A stretch of 64,000 bases of DNA from Lama glama (Eukaryota): the NCBI GenBank assembly GCA_028534125.1, contig CM052820.1, positions 434,001 through 498,000 of the forward strand. Reading direction: 5' to 3'. Each line of letters starts with the position of its first letter. Positions within the stretch are counted from its first letter, which is position 1. The notes beneath the pieces were generated by a model. It was not told the origin of the DNA and searched no databases. It saw nothing but the letters and a program-made list of their open reading frames with translations. Both the position numbers and the translations under genes were made by a program. Of the stretch, positions 46,655 to 60,500 are shown piece after piece.

Positions 46655-49539
46655 CCTGCTCCTGTGCCCCTGCAGGGCCCCTAGCGAGCCCACTTCAGAG
46701 CGGACAGGGCTTGGCGTAGGCCCAGGTCTGACCTAGGAGCACTGGAACCCCCCGGGTCCGGCCCTGGCTCCAGACCAGGTAAAGGAAGGAGCACTTGGGA
46801 GGCCGGCCCAGCACCACCCAGGGAGTGCCCACCTGCCCCTCAGCCCTGCATGGGGTGGCAGGGCCTGCAGAGGCCCAGAGGGTGGGCCCAGAGTGCAGAC
46901 CCCTCTCCCCTCTGCTGGCTTGCAGGGGCACCGACAACCCTTTAACAGGTAGAGATGGGGCCTGGGCCCCTCCTGGGGGTCCTGGGCCCGGGGGGAGGAT
47001 GGCCGGCCGTGCGGGCCCAGTGTCCTTCCCACCGGCAGGGAATCTGGGAGCAGGCGGGAGAGGCGCCTGGCACGGCCGGCCGGTGAGGGCTCTCCAGCGC
47101 CTGGAACAGGATCCGTCTTTGTTGGAGAAGGGAGCGTGGGCTCTGCAGAGACAGCCCGCGCTCCTAGAGCCTTCACACAGTCCACAGACGCCACCCCCCA
47201 CCCCTGGGAGGGACACGGCTCGTGTCTCTCCCCTTATTTGCCCAGAGGTCTCGGCCCAGCAGCTGTCGGAGCTGCAGCTGCAGAGGGTTAGGGAGACATG
47301 GGGTTTGGCAGGGGCGGCCAAGGTGTGGGCTGGGGTCACCCTCACCCGGGGGTGTGCTGGGTCTGGGGACATCGGGGACCCGGGGTGAGAGCCAGCTCTG
47401 CTGCTTCCTGGGTGTGACCTCAACCTTATCAGCCACCTGTGAAGGGGGAGCGGCCCTGCCCACCGTGGGGAGGAGGGGGTCCCAGCCCTCCTTGTTCCCC
47501 TTGGCCACTCGCCACGCCCAGCCCACTCCCCTGGTGCCCTCTGCTGCCTGTTGAGTTCCGGAGTCAGACCCTCGTCCTGGCTGGAGCCCCTGACCCCCAT
47601 ACCCTTCCCGGGGAGCCCTGTCAGCGGGACACGTGTGGCCTGGGGGCGCCTGCACTGAGGACTCTGGGGCCAAACCCTCCGCACACAGACCCTGGGCTGC
47701 GCTCTGTGTGAGGACTAACAGAGACCAGGGGCGGGGCAGGAGGCACCCCACGGGGCCTGTGTGGAGGAAGGCTTGGCCCCACTGCGCGGGACCGTCCCTG
47801 GAAGAGGCCGGGTCTCGGGGTGCCAGGCGGCCTGCCCAGGAGAGGCAGTGACAGCGGCTGCTAGAGGCCACCGCCGAGCCCAGCTGGAGCCCTTGGAGGG
47901 GACAGGCACAGAGAGTGCTTCAAGAGCTGCTCAGCCCTGGGTTTAACTTTCACTTTACTGCATACAACGTCTTAGGTTTGACGTCTTCTCAAGGTGCATT
48001 ACTTTCACGGTTGAAGAAATTAAGCGAGCCACGAGCCGCACAGGTGTGCTGGGACACAGGTGCCAGCCGCTCACCGCCCGCTGCCATCCCGTCTGCTTGC
48101 CTCTTGGAGTCCCCAGCTTCTGCCCGGTGGGGGCAGCATGTCTGCACGCCTGTCCCCTGCCCTGCCCCTCCTAGGGGACCCCTCTCTGTGGCTTGCCTGC
48201 AGCTCAGCCTAGTGGCTACTCTTCTGCCAGGAGAGGCCCCCCGTTCCCCCCAGGGTCCCGTCCTCCTCTGTGTCCCTGCCTGGAGCCCTCCCCGCCCCCC
48301 AGTCTTCCTGCCAAGGGCCCCAAGCCCACAGCTTGGGGTTTTCAGGCCTTCTCTCTGCTGCCCCTTCCCAGGTGCCCCTCGCCCCCAGCCCTGAGTACTG
48401 GACCCTCTCTGGGGCCACCCCACTGCTGAGACTCCAAAACGCCCGCTTTCTCCCATAGCACGGAGCCCGTTCTGACCGCACACTTGTCCTGTTAGTGTTT
48501 AACCTACACCCCACTGTGCCCGAGGTCTGCAGGGCAGGGCTTCTGGGTCTGTGTGTAGCCAAGTGCCCGACAGAGGGACGAGCACAGACCGGGCGCAGGT
48601 GCTGGGTGAGTGAAGGGGCGGACTCCCCCACGTTGCCGACCTGCCCCCCACGCCCGCCTCCTGAGCTGACCGACGGTCTCCCCATCCTGGCGCCACACGT
48701 CCGAGCACACGGGACGGCCCCACACAGGCCAGGAGGCCTCTGGCTTCTCTGAGTGCTGGATTCTCCTCTCCTGTGATTTGCAGGCGCCCCTTCTTCCCTT
48801 GCAGGCGTTAGGCCTCTTGTCGGTGGTAAACCTGAAATAGCGCCTAACCTGCCGCCTGTGGTCTGTTCGTGGTGTTCTTTGTTCTGCACGGAGTTTCACT
48901 TTATGCCAACCAACCCATCAAAATCTTATCTGAAGGCCGTGTTCTGGGGCTTAAGAAGCTCTTCTGCACTCTCAGTTCACAGGTATGTTTTCCCCCCTTT
49001 CTCCTACAGGTCTTCGATTTTACTGTCACACGGAGACTCTGTTGTCAGGTCAGCCTGTACGACGTGAGGCAGGGTCAGTGTCCCTCTCCCGGCCTGTGCG
49101 GCGGCACCCAGCCTGGCTGGGGACAGGCCGCGGCTCCCCGGCCCTGTGGCCGCCCCGGCTCTCTCCATGCTGTTTCCGCTGGGGGTCTGTAGCTTTGGGA
49201 GCCTGGCAGGAGATTGCTTCTCCACTCGTTTTCAAAGTTGATGGAACTTTTACGTTTCACAGTTCAATGTGGATCTTTTTTCTTCAGAGTTTAATGAGTT
49301 TCTCGGAAAATGGCATTTTGATTAGGATTTTGCACACATTTTCCCACCCCTTGCACATTTTTTGGTGTAATTTAAAAACTGTCTATTCAAGAGCACATGC
49401 TGGATTGTGACCTGTGGCGCCCACTTCTGTCTCCTCGAGCCTTTCTCTCTAGTGCCCCCTCTTTGCTTGCGGCTTTGGGTTTTTTCCCTACTTGTGAATT
49501 GGATGTTTCATAACTTATTTGTTGCTAGTAGTTGCTTTT

Positions 49540-49645
49540 CTTGGAGTTGGGGGAAATTAGGTTTACTTGTTTATTTTAGTGGCGGTGCTGAGGACTGAAC
49601 CCAAGGCATCTTGCATGGCTTGTCCACTGAGCTATGCCCTCCCCC
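49540..49645 (-). mobile_element. tRNA-derived SINE (camelid-like)
   Basis: Minus strand GGGGAGGGCATAGCTCAGTGG...GGGTTCAGTCC, A-rich tail; near-TSD AGTRGTTGCTTT. Confidence 0.8.
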
Positions 49646-49738
49646 TGTCAGTGGTTGCTTTAAACTTGTATTTTCCTACAAACTCTATATGCTATTACTT
49701 CTTTCTTTTATACCACAGTTAAAACTTGCAGAATCTTC

Positions 49739-49825
49739 GGGGTGGTGGTAGAGCTCAGTGGCAGAGTGCATGCTTAGCACGCATGAGGTCCTGGGTTCAA
49801 CCTCCAGTGCATCCACTGAAAAAAC
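49739..49825 (+). mobile_element. tRNA-derived SINE (camelid-like)
   Basis: A box AGCTCAGTGG, B box GGTTCAACC, short A tail, TSD AAACTTGCA at TT/AAAA. Confidence 0.85.
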
Positions 49826-50409
49826 AAACTTGCACAGTCCTTCCCTCTACTTGCCACTGTCTTACCTCTGGGTTCACAAAAACAGTAACCTGGCGGCTCA
49901 GACCCGTTTTGTGGGGGCACATTCTGTATCGTCAGGAACTCTGTCCCACATTTGCAAAGAGCTCGACAGTCAAGTACATTCTTTTAAACTGAAGTTCTGC
50001 TGGCTTTTGTGCTGCTACTCAAACACCCTCCCTTCCCAGTTCTTATCTGGATTCATCTCTTGTTTGGGTGGACTCCTCCAAATAACTTTTTCACCACAGG
50101 CACTCAAATCCTGAATCCCTGTGCACCTGAAAATGTCCTCCTCTTGTCCTCAGACAGCAGGTGTCCGAGGGTGGAATTCTAGGCTCCTGATCTAAAGGCT
50201 CTTTCCAGGCCACCCCAACCTGACCCTCTTCCCTTTCATAGGCAGATGCTCATAATTCAAGTCGCAAAATTAATTCTGTTGAAGATCCGAGTCAGAAGTT
50301 GGCTGTGACCTAACCAGCCCTCAGGCTGGCCGTTGCGTCCGCAGCTTCCCTGGCAGATGGGCGCCCCGGCCGTGGAGCAGCTGCCCAGGGCCTGCCACAG
50401 GGTCCAGTG

Positions 50410-50560
50410 CAGCACTGACCAGCAGGACTGTCTGTGGGGATGGACGTGGGCTGCCCCTGGCGAGGTGTGGCTACCACTGTGGCAAGTGCAGCTGAGAAAC
50501 TGAATTTTTAATTTCACTGTAAAGACTTTACTTTGAACTGATGCAGCCACAGGCAGCCTG
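50410..50560. mobile_element. MER3-like hAT/Charlie DNA transposon fossil
   Basis: TGTGGCAAGTGCAGCTGAGAAACTGAATTTTTAATTT...AGCCACA. Confidence 0.6.
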
Positions 50561-50599
50561 GGGGGATCCTGGGCTGGACTCGAGTGTCTTGGAAGCAGG

Positions 50600-50690
50600 A
50601 GGGACCTTGGGGTCCTGTGATTCGGTCCTCATTCTGCAGAAGAGAAAATCTGAGACCCTAGGAGATGACAAAGTCCTGGTCACATTCAGG
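50600..50690 (-). mobile_element. MIR fragment
   Basis: CCTCATTCTGCAGAAGAGAAAATCTGAGACC core-like motif. Confidence 0.55.
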
Positions 50691-51233
50691 GTGGCTGTCC
50701 ATGTAAGTGTATAAAGAACAAGCCACTACGATGATGGGGTAAGACGGAAAGGTGACATTAAAGTGGTCCAGAGGGTGGCTCTGGAGAAGCCCGTGAAGGG
50801 AGACGCAGGTGGGTCGCGCACAGTGCAGGCGAGTGTGGGAGGTGTCTCAACTGCACGGGGACACTAACCCCGAGGACTGCAGGGGCACTGGGTGGCCCCG
50901 CTCTTCAGGACAGTGCCAGGGGCACAGCTGTATTCACCTGAGGCTTTGTTTTTTAAAGTATGAAATTTCAAACCCTGTGGCACCAGCTGGCGCATTTTAG
51001 ACTGGAAAGCTCTCGGCTGACAGGCCCTGGGCCCCCAAGCATTCCCGGGCAGCATGCTCCCAGCCCCGCCGTCTCACCCTTCCCAGCGGGGTTGTGAGAG
51101 GAGGAGACAGCACTGGGTGGGGAGCATCGATGTGTGGCTCCAGGGTGAGGATGGCTAACCAGGGGCGCGGGGATGCAGGCAGTACCGGCGTCCAGGTGAG
51201 CGGCACCACACAGGCAGTTTTCACTCAGTGCCT

Positions 51234-51239
51234 TTTATT
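51234..51239 (-). terminator. PPP1R7 polyadenylation signal AATAAA
   Basis: TTTATT on + strand about 115 nt past the stop. Confidence 0.8.
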
Positions 51240-51353
51240 GCCATTGGGTTTGTGGCTGCTGATACAGTGACGACCTCAGGGGCAGCAGCTGGATTAAAAA
51301 ACCGTGGCTGGAGGTTCTTCTGACAAGAGCGGGTGGGGGCGGGGGGGTGAGGT

Positions 51354-51530
51354 TCAGAACCTGACGAAGGTGGCGTCGATCTGCCGCACGGTGGGGAGGG
51401 CCAGCATGACCTTCCGCCGGTACTGGGGGTCCCTCTGCAGGGGGTTCCGCTCCAGGTACACCGTCTCCAGGTTCCTGGCGCCCTTCAGCTCGTCCAGATC
51501 GCTCCAGCTCTCCAGGAGGTTGTCGTTCAT
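51354..51530 (-). CDS. PPP1R7: PPP1R7 terminal coding exon
   Basis: CCCCCAG acceptor; YRRKV...QIDA cap; TGA. Confidence 0.96.
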   Translation of the reverse strand: MNDNLLESWSDLDELKGARNLETVYLERNPLQRDPQYRRKVMLALPTVRQIDATFVRF

Positions 51531-54500
51531 CTGGGGGGACACACGTGCACATGTGTGAGGAGAGCCTTCAGAACACACAGCCCTGAGCCCCCGACCTGGC
51601 CCCTCTGGGGCCTCTTATCACCCTGGGAATGTCCTGGCCACCCTAACCCGGCCGTCACCCCGCAGGGCAGTTCTAGGTTCAGAGCAGCAGAGAGAAGAGG
51701 CTGATACCATCCCAGCCCCACCCGGCTTCCCAGCAAAGTGTTAAAGCAGGTTCGACTGAACTTCCTACACACCAGCTCCTAGTCCTGGTTCCCAAGGCAG
51801 GCTCTGTGCTCTGATTACAACACGGTCAGCAGACCAGAGGACAGGCGGCCCAGTGCTCACGGCTCTGCCCCGAGTGGCCCCTCTCTGGGCTTGCTCCACC
51901 AGGACACCTGCTGCCCATTTCTGTGTGCAGAGCATCTTCGATGGCTGAGTTCAGAACATGCATGGTCAGGACGGGCTCAGGGCAGGGCATATGTCCCTAT
52001 CCCAGCTCTGCCAAGGCCCACCAGGGCACCCGCCACGGCCATGAAGAGCCTTCTGGCCTTCAGACCACCGTCCAGACTAGGGCAAGGGCCCTGGTCAGAG
52101 CGCCCGTCATGGCATCTGCACCCACGCTCGGGCCACTCCTTCGAGGGGATCCTCCTGCCTCTTAGCTGGGGACTCTGGGTGACGGCTGCCTTGGTTTCTT
52201 TCAGTTTCCAAAGCAACGGCAGAGGGACAAGTGAACAGACAGGACGGCCTCTGGACGCGGGAGAGGTGGGGAGGGGCTCGGCGGTGCATGGGAGGTGGGG
52301 TGGGGGGTTCACCCATGGCTCCAGGCTCCCAGAAAAGCCGAGACGCCTGCCGGCTTGTGTGGCTGACCCCGTGCCACATGGCGCTGTGGGCGCGGTGTGG
52401 GGCAGAGAGGGGGCAGCGTGGGCTCCCGCATCACTGCTGTGGAGGGCGGGGTGCTGGCCTGAACCCCCACCCGGCTCTGCTCTAGGAATCATCCTGTAGG
52501 AGATGCCAGGCTCCAGCTCCACCCGGAGAAGATCTGACGGGAGCGGTCCACATTGGGGGCTGTGTGGGGGCCCGATCGCTGGACAGGCACTGGGCTGCCT
52601 TGTAAAAGGACCCTGGATTTCACTGCTCTAAGACGACATCGGTCCACATGGAGCCTGGGCTGCTGCGTCGCCTTTGGGCCTGAAACACACTGGGACAGTG
52701 ACTTCTCTGATGCTGACTCGCTGCATGAGGGCCCGACAACCTGCTACGAACGGGCTCTGTTCTGTGTGAGGGGGGCTCAGTGGGGAAGGCGGTGCAAGGG
52801 GGACAGGAGTGGAGGGACAGGACGGGGCAGATTGTGGGGACTCTGGGGACTTGAGTCCTCAGTGGGACAGGAGCCCTGGGCAGGCTGGACATTTTGGGAG
52901 GCCCACTCCCTCCCGTGGAGAGTGGGCTGCAGGCCTGCGGATTAGGTGGCTGCTTTCCCGCGCAGGTGATGGAGGCCGGAAGCTGGGACCAAGCTGGGAG
53001 CAGCAGAGCTGAGAAAGTGCTGGACTCTGGATCAATCTTGAAGGTAGAGTTAAGACGCCGCACTGGATGTGGTGCATAAGAGAAGGGAGAGATAAAGGAA
53101 GATTCCAAGATTTCTGACCCAAAGACTTTGAGACAAGAGTGAATGCTGACTGAGCTTGAGCAAAATGGAGGAGAGCTCGGGGACTGAAGTCGCCCGGTCA
53201 GGTCTGGATGCCTCATGCTTTGGGGGCAGGCGGGCGCCCAGCACTGCCCACGTGGCGTGTGCAGCTGGACTCGCGAGTCTGGGTCCAGGACAGACACTGG
53301 GGTCCACACAGATGTGGGTGCTGTGCGCACGTATGTGGTAGCCAGAGTCACACGACTGGACAGGCTTGTGAGGAGAGAGAAGAGGGGAAAAGTCCCCAGA
53401 TCGAACCCCAGGCTATGCCCCAACCCAGGACGGTCAGCAAAGATGGCCGGGGGTGACTGGGTGACAGATGGTGAGAGTGACACCCTGCGGGCCAAGGGAG
53501 GAGGGCCTCAGGGAGAGCAGTGGTCAAGGGTCCACTGGGAAGTAAGATGGGGTGGCGGGGACACTGACCCAGCCTTGTCTCCACTGGCGGAGAGACCCTC
53601 AAACGGGTCCCTGTGGGAGAGCGCCTGACTACGGGGGGTCCAGGAAAGAGGGTGGTGGTGAGGGGACAGCCAGGCAGGACACCTGTGGGAGCAGGTGGTG
53701 GTGGGTGGGGAGGGAGGGCTCAGACACAGGGGGCTGGCTCAGAGGACCCTCCGCCTGTGGTGGCGGGAGGGTGCAGACAGGGGCTGCGAATGTGGGGCAC
53801 CCACTTCAGCAAGAATGTCGGCTGAGGGGAGTCATGAGGACAGAGGAGACCAACCCGGGGAGAGAGGTGGACAGGCGCCCGCTGACCTCTGGCTGTGGGG
53901 AGCCCTGGGGCAGCACTGAAGTCAGCATGTTCAGGACGAGCCTATCAGCGCCCTCTGTCCCGTTACTGCCGTGTGCAGCGTCTGGGTGAGTGTGACGGGG
54001 CGGGGTGGGCAGTGATGACCACAGGGTCCGGGACCTAAGGGAGGGGAGGAGGGCGGGCAGCGAGAAGGCAGCAGACGGGGGCAGTAGGGGGGCAGGTCCT
54101 GATGGGGCCGGGTTGCTGGAGGTGGCTCCTGGGGCCGGCCGGGTGAGATGGGCACTGGAGGGGGTGGGCGTCCAGCTGTGCTGGAAGGAGTCGTGGCTTC
54201 TCTATAGGTGAGGGGTCATGGGGCGGGTAGCTGGGAAGATGGCCCTGATGGTGCCATGCGGCAGAGCGAGGCCGGGGCTAAGGGAGAGGCCGGCGGCCGT
54301 GGACGAAACTCGCTTACCCCTGAGCTCCTTCCAGTGACACAGGCCTGGTCTCAGGCTTCATCAGGGCGGGTCTCCAGGAGGTCCGGGCCCTAACTCCAAA
54401 CTCGGCCTCCCCTGGAGACTCTGCTGGAGCCAAACTCGGTCTCCCCTGGAGACTCTGCTGGAGCCCGTCTGGGGGCTTTATGAGCGTGGGCTCAGAGGGG

Positions 54501-57500
54501 CTGCATCTGAGCCCGTGGCCCACAGACTGCTGGGGCAGCCAGACACCAAGGATGTGAGATCCCTACCCGGGCAGGGATGGGCTCCACTGTGCCCCAGCTC
54601 TGCTCCCTGCCTTGAGCCGGTGGTCTTGTGCCCAGACTGCCCAGCCTTCGGCCACAGTGACAGGCAATCCCTGGCCGTGGGGCTCCAGGGCCCTTTTGCA
54701 CAGCTCTCTGCAGCTTGTCCCGACTCCAGCTGCCGTAAACTCTGGCCTCTGCTTCTTCAGCTCCAGAGCTGCTCATTCCGAAACTGCTTCAAGGCAGAGA
54801 GCGGGGCTCCCTCTGAGCTTCCCTGTTCTCACGACCTGCCTGCTATCTCTGCCTGAGGAGAGTCGCCTTGCCTCTGTGTTTATGGTGGGGCCTGGTCTGG
54901 TACAAGGTCCACTGTCACAGCCAGACTGTTGTTCACAACTTACTGCAGGCGATGGCTCTCCCAGAGGACAAAGGGCGCAAGGCCTCCCAGGCTGGCCCCT
55001 TTTGCAGGGCTTCACGTGGGTCCAGTGTGCTTTCCTTGAGGACGGCCTGAGCCTGCTTCTGAGGGTGGAGACTTGAGGGACCTGACCCCAGGCAGCTCCC
55101 CTGGCGCCGCCTCTGGAGTGGGGACAGCTCCTTCAGGACAAACCCTCAAACATTACTTTTCTGGCAAGCGTGAATCTATCACAGATCTGGACGACGCGAG
55201 CTGTCCCTGCGGCCAAGGTGCCGTGTGTGAAGCCAGAGCCGTGGGAGGGCCTGTCCACATGGCTGTGGTGGCAGCAGGGCGGTTACAGGAAGACCCCCCG
55301 CTGTGGGGTCACTACAAAGGCCGTGTCCCTTAGACACCGTTGCCTCAAAGCACCCACAGCACGTACTCCTTCAGCGAAAGCAGCGACGTCACATTGCTTG
55401 GGAGAAGCACAGCTCTGCAGTGTTGCGGTGGCTGCCCCGGGCTCGCGGCCGGCGCCGCCCCTTCCTCCTCCAGTCTCGGGTCCCCGCCACACACTGTGTG
55501 CTCCCTGCTGCACGTCATGATGCTCCCCGCGTCCGCGTCCCAGCCGCCCCCTGTGGTGGCTGTCCCTGCAAACTCCAGGACGTGCCGCAGTCTGGCCGGC
55601 AGAGGTGGCCCTGGGCACGTCCCTCACCACTGACGGCAGCTGTAAAGGATGTGTCCAACACAGAGCTCTGCAGACGCTTATTCTTGTGTTTTTCCAAAAT
55701 GGAACTCGAAACCCTTCACCGGTGTCATCTCCACAGAGATTCCAGAATCTCCGGAATCCGCACTGGGGGAAAAGAGCGGCCTTTGTTTGTCTAAGTTCTT
55801 CACAACGAGCACGGCGTTGGGGAGCGACCTTCCAGAGATGTCTGGCTTCTTCCAGAATCTCTCCCCAGAAGGTACAACTTTTATTTTCTTCTAGTCCAGG
55901 CCCTTCCCCACCTCCTTCTCAGTTTTTTTCCTGTTAAATGAAACTGACTTTTAAAGAAACGCAGAGCAGTCCTCATTCTGGACCTGTCTGCCTGTCTCCT
56001 GGCTGTCCCCAAGCTTGTCCCTCTGGTCCCTGTGCCTCCCATAAACTGGAGTCAGGTCTCAATGCCTGGTTAGATCAGATTAAGCATTTTTGGCAGGGAT
56101 GCTTCACAGACGAACCACATCAGAGGACGTGGCATTAGGCTGCCCCACTGTCAGGGACGACAAGCTGGATCCGTGGACAAGCTGTGACCCTGGGTGACTC
56201 TGGGGAGCACACTTCCCCTTTGCAATCAGCAAGTTCTCGGCGGGGTGGCACCTGGTACCTGTGCAAACACGCTGCTCTTCAGTGGCCCCCGCCTGAATCA
56301 GCTGCTGGGTCTCTGTCAGAACGTTGCCCTGGATGGGGTGTTCCCGGCAGACTGTCTCATGGTTCAAAACCCAAACTTCACAGGAGTGTGTACCTCCCAC
56401 TACAGTGTTTGGGGGTTTTTGGCAGATATTTACATAGAATTTTTACATCTACTCCTCTCAAGTTCAGTAATATTTTAAGCAGAGCAGAGTTGTGGAAGAA
56501 TTCTCAAGATGCATCTCATACAATAAAACCGCCCCGACAAAGGGGGTGTGTGCCTTGTATGTTGCTGGCAGCGAAGGAGGTGCCTGTTACTTCACATAAG
56601 GCTGAGGGTTCGAGAGAGAGCAGGAGAGGGCCCCCTGGGCACAGCCAGTCTTTCCAGGACCCCCGCAGAGGTGGACTCCTGTCCCTGCTGCCGCATCCGG
56701 CCTGTCAAGGACGAGTCACTGAGGCCGGCACGTGCGCGGGGAGCGGAACCCACAGTGGGAGTGCCAGGACCTGGGGGTGGGGGGCCATCGTTCACCTTGG
56801 CTTCTCCTGACGCCATTCCCCCTTGGGACGGGCTGCGTCCCCCTGCTTCTGTGCACACCTGGAGCTGCCCTGCTGCCAGACTCGGGGACACCACACTGCC
56901 GCGTGTCCGGGTCCTGTTGTCCTCCATTAAGAAGCGTCCTTCTGCAGAGCGCCTGGTCCTGCGGAGGCTTCAAGGTGGTGCTTTCTCCGTCCCCACGTGT
57001 GGCTGTGGGGATGTCGGTGGGACACCTGAGGTGTTGGGGGCAGCAACATCACATCTGTTTCAGTGCATTTAAAAAAAAATTAATGAGGTAAGCAGTGTTT
57101 CCTGTAGCTACAAGCACTGTCACTGCACCCTTGTGGCTGCCAGCTCACGCCCTCTGTCCTCCACTGTGAGATGCCATGGTGGGGCCGCCATCAAGACAAG
57201 GACGTTGGCCTCATCTGGTGTCTCTGCAGGCACGTTTCTCCACGTGCTCCCAACTGCCCTGCCATGCCTCCTACGTTCTTCCCCCGTTCAACCAGGTCTG
57301 TGTCAGGCACAACCACACGACTGGTGAGGTGGAGCTTATACTCCACAGAGGCGAGAGTCACAGACAGGCCGTGACGAGTGACTGGGGCTGGACTTGCCCT
57401 TTTGGTTACACTCTAGAACAGGACACTGTATATGAGACAACTGTCTTCGTACACTGGATGACAGGCAACCCAGGACAGTGCCCGAGGGGAGGGACACCGA

Positions 57501-60500
57501 TGGCCGTGCTCTGTGCTCACCCTGGCCTCTGCCTGGAGGCACTTTCTGGAACACAGGGAGGGATCCAAGCACAGCCTGGGGGCCACGCTGAGTCCAGGGG
57601 TGGCTGTAGGTGGGGGAGGCAGAGTAGCTGGAATTTCTGGAGGCAAGTGAAACGGGCCAAAGAGCAGTGGCCCAGAAGCCGTGTGCCCAGGCAGGGCGTG
57701 CTGTGTCTGTTTTCTCACCACCAGTGTGGAGAGCCCTGGGGAACGCCTGGGCGTCCACACAGTCCCGAGAAGGGTCACGGCCTGGAAGCAGGGCAGCCCG
57801 GCCCGAGGGGACAGGCCACTCAGACTCACTGTGAAAAGATCAGGAGAGCTTTCGTAGCCTCAGGAGCATCGAGCAGGGACTTAACTGTCTGCCAGATAAA
57901 AAGTCCAGCACACTTCAAAGGAAAGCAGCAACAATCCAGACGCTCAATAATCCAACATCACAATGCTCAGCGTCTAAGAAAGCCTGTCTGCCCACGGGAG
58001 GGAGGGAGGACGAGGGAACACGAGGAAAGGAAGAGGATTTACAAAGATGAACCAAATGCTCCCTCAGAGTGGAAAAGCACATCTGAGATAAAAGCCTGAC
58101 TCCGTGGGCCTAACGGTGGACGGGCACCGCGGCGGCGGCGGTCACGGCCCGGAGCCAGAGGGACAGAACCACGCAGACGCAGGCACAGGGGCCAGCAGCG
58201 GGGGCGGGCGGAGCCTCAGCGATCCGACTGCCAACCCGTAGAACACACAGGTGTAACTGGATTTTCAGAAGGAAACGGGGAAGGAGAGCGTAAAAATCTT
58301 CCAGGAAATAATTTTTCTCTTTGCATTTAATAAATAATAACTTCCGAAAGTTTTCTGCCTTTGATGAAAACTGTAAATTCACAGATCCAAAAAGCGCCGC
58401 TGAACGCGAGAACTAGCACATCACGCTCAAGCTGCAGAAAGTAACAGTGACGGAAAGAACACGTAAAGCGCGGCCGGAGGGAAAGAGCACGACCCCCCCA
58501 GCAGAAGAGAGTGGCCGGGGGGCGGGGAGGTGGCGGGGCGGCCGCGCCGGGCTGCGGCCCCGCCCTTCAGCAACCGGGCACCGCAGAGGCTTTTTCCAGA
58601 CAAGCCGAAGCTGAAGGGATCGGTTTACAGCAGGCTGCGCACAAAAAAGTTAGAACTCTTCAGGTAGAGAGGAAACGCCAGGTGGAAAGTACACAAAAGA
58701 AGGAAGAGCGTCAGAGGTGGTCAAGTGAGTAGGTGTCTTGTTTCAAAATTCCTTTAAAAGTCGCTTGACATAATGTATCGTGGGATTTACAACGTATTTA
58801 AAAGTAAAACAGATACGGCGGCCACTGGACGGAGCAGCGGAGGTTCCCCGTGGTGAGGGCCCTGCGTTGTATGTGAAGTATTCAATGTCATTTGAAGACA
58901 GATTGTGGTAAATTAAAAACGCGTTTTGCAATTCCTAGAGTAACCACTGAACAAACAAAATACAGAAGTATAAGCAAGTATGTCGTCAGTGGAGATAAAA
59001 TACAACACAAAAAGTTTTCCCCCCCATCTAAAAGGCAGGCAGGAAAAAAGAAAAATAAAGCAAAAATAGACGGGCCCAATGAAAGAGAAATACATCGAAA
59101 GACAGTGAACTCAACTCAAAACTCAACCGTTAACACGAAATGCAACCAAATGCAGTTGCATTAAACGTAAGCGAATTCTCAACTTAGAAGACAGAGATTG
59201 TGCGACGGGATAAAAAGGCAAAACCCAACAGAGGAAACACATTTTAATTATTTTAAAGACACAGGTGAAGAGTAAATGGATGGAGAAAGGCATCCCTGAA
59301 AACAGGACTCGGACAGATGCTGCATCCACAGCACACAGGTGGATCGCTGGGACAAGGGGACAGGACAGTAACAGGGACATTGCACATGATAAAGGCAGTC
59401 CCTCAAGGAGACGCTACAATCCCCAACGCACGTGCACACGTGCCCCGAACAGAAACCTTTCTTTACAAGAAGCAAAACTTGAGGGGGCTGGAGGAACAGA
59501 CAAGTCCAGTCATGGTTCAGAGATTTCAACGTTCTTCCCTCACTGTTCGGTAGAACAGACAGAAAATCAGTTAGGTGCAGGACTGGGGCCATTAGAGATT
59601 CATGGAGACAGGTCTCCTGCTCCTCCTTCAGAGGCCAGCTGGTGGCTGAGAACATCTCCCCCATGGGTATGAGCACAGGGCAGAGCTGGGATGTTCCCGG
59701 CCAGTGGCCTCCCCACTGGAATTCACCCCTCGGCTGTGAAATGGGGTAACTGTTGTGACCATCAGACCAGAAGGCAACCAGCCTGGACACCACAAAGCAC
59801 TGTGCAAACTGCCCGCTCTGCTGTCTGCGGTGGCCAGAGACACGGGATTCCTCTGGGTGTCCCAGGGTGGGCTGCCAGCCTTCCTGCCCCGGATGGCCAA
59901 GATGCCTTGTACAGTCCCAGACCCAGGTCCCACGCTCCACTGGGCACAGACAGAGCCACGCATTCAGAACCACTGCTTCCCAAACTGCTCCCCAAGTTCT
60001 CCCAGACATACCTTCCTTCTCGCCCAGGCCCTCTGTCTCTGCCTCCTTATTCTCCTGTGGTTTCTCAGCTTCCTCAGGGCCAAACCCCTTTACTCCAACC
60101 CCACCTGCTGACCCAGCCACCCCGTCCCCGCGAGTGGGCTGCACACCACACCCTCGGCTAGGGTGGCTCGCTTGTCTCTCCTCGCCTTCCAAGGGCTGGT
60201 TCTGGTCTTCCCAGACTTGCTCTGCATCACAGCCCGACAGCACCCGAGACCCAGTGCTGTTAACGCGGGGCAAGGGCATCTTCACAGCAGGCCACCTGTG
60301 CTCTAGGGAAACTTGGGTGAGCTCTCAAGGCGAGCCCAGGAACACACACAGGACATGAGCAGGGCCAGAGGCGCAGCTGGACGAGGAGGAGGACGCCTCA
60401 CCCTCGGCAGGAACCCTAGGTCAGAGAGAGCACACCGCAGTCACAGGGCGGGTGCACGGCATCACCTGCAGGGCCACAGCAGCGGAGCTGGGCACAAGCA

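Noticed and set aside
49739-49825. tRNA gene
   Set aside because: A tail, TSD and degenerate acceptor stem indicate a SINE
54396-54463. CRISPR-like repeat
   Set aside because: Two adjacent copies with no spacer, in mammalian DNA
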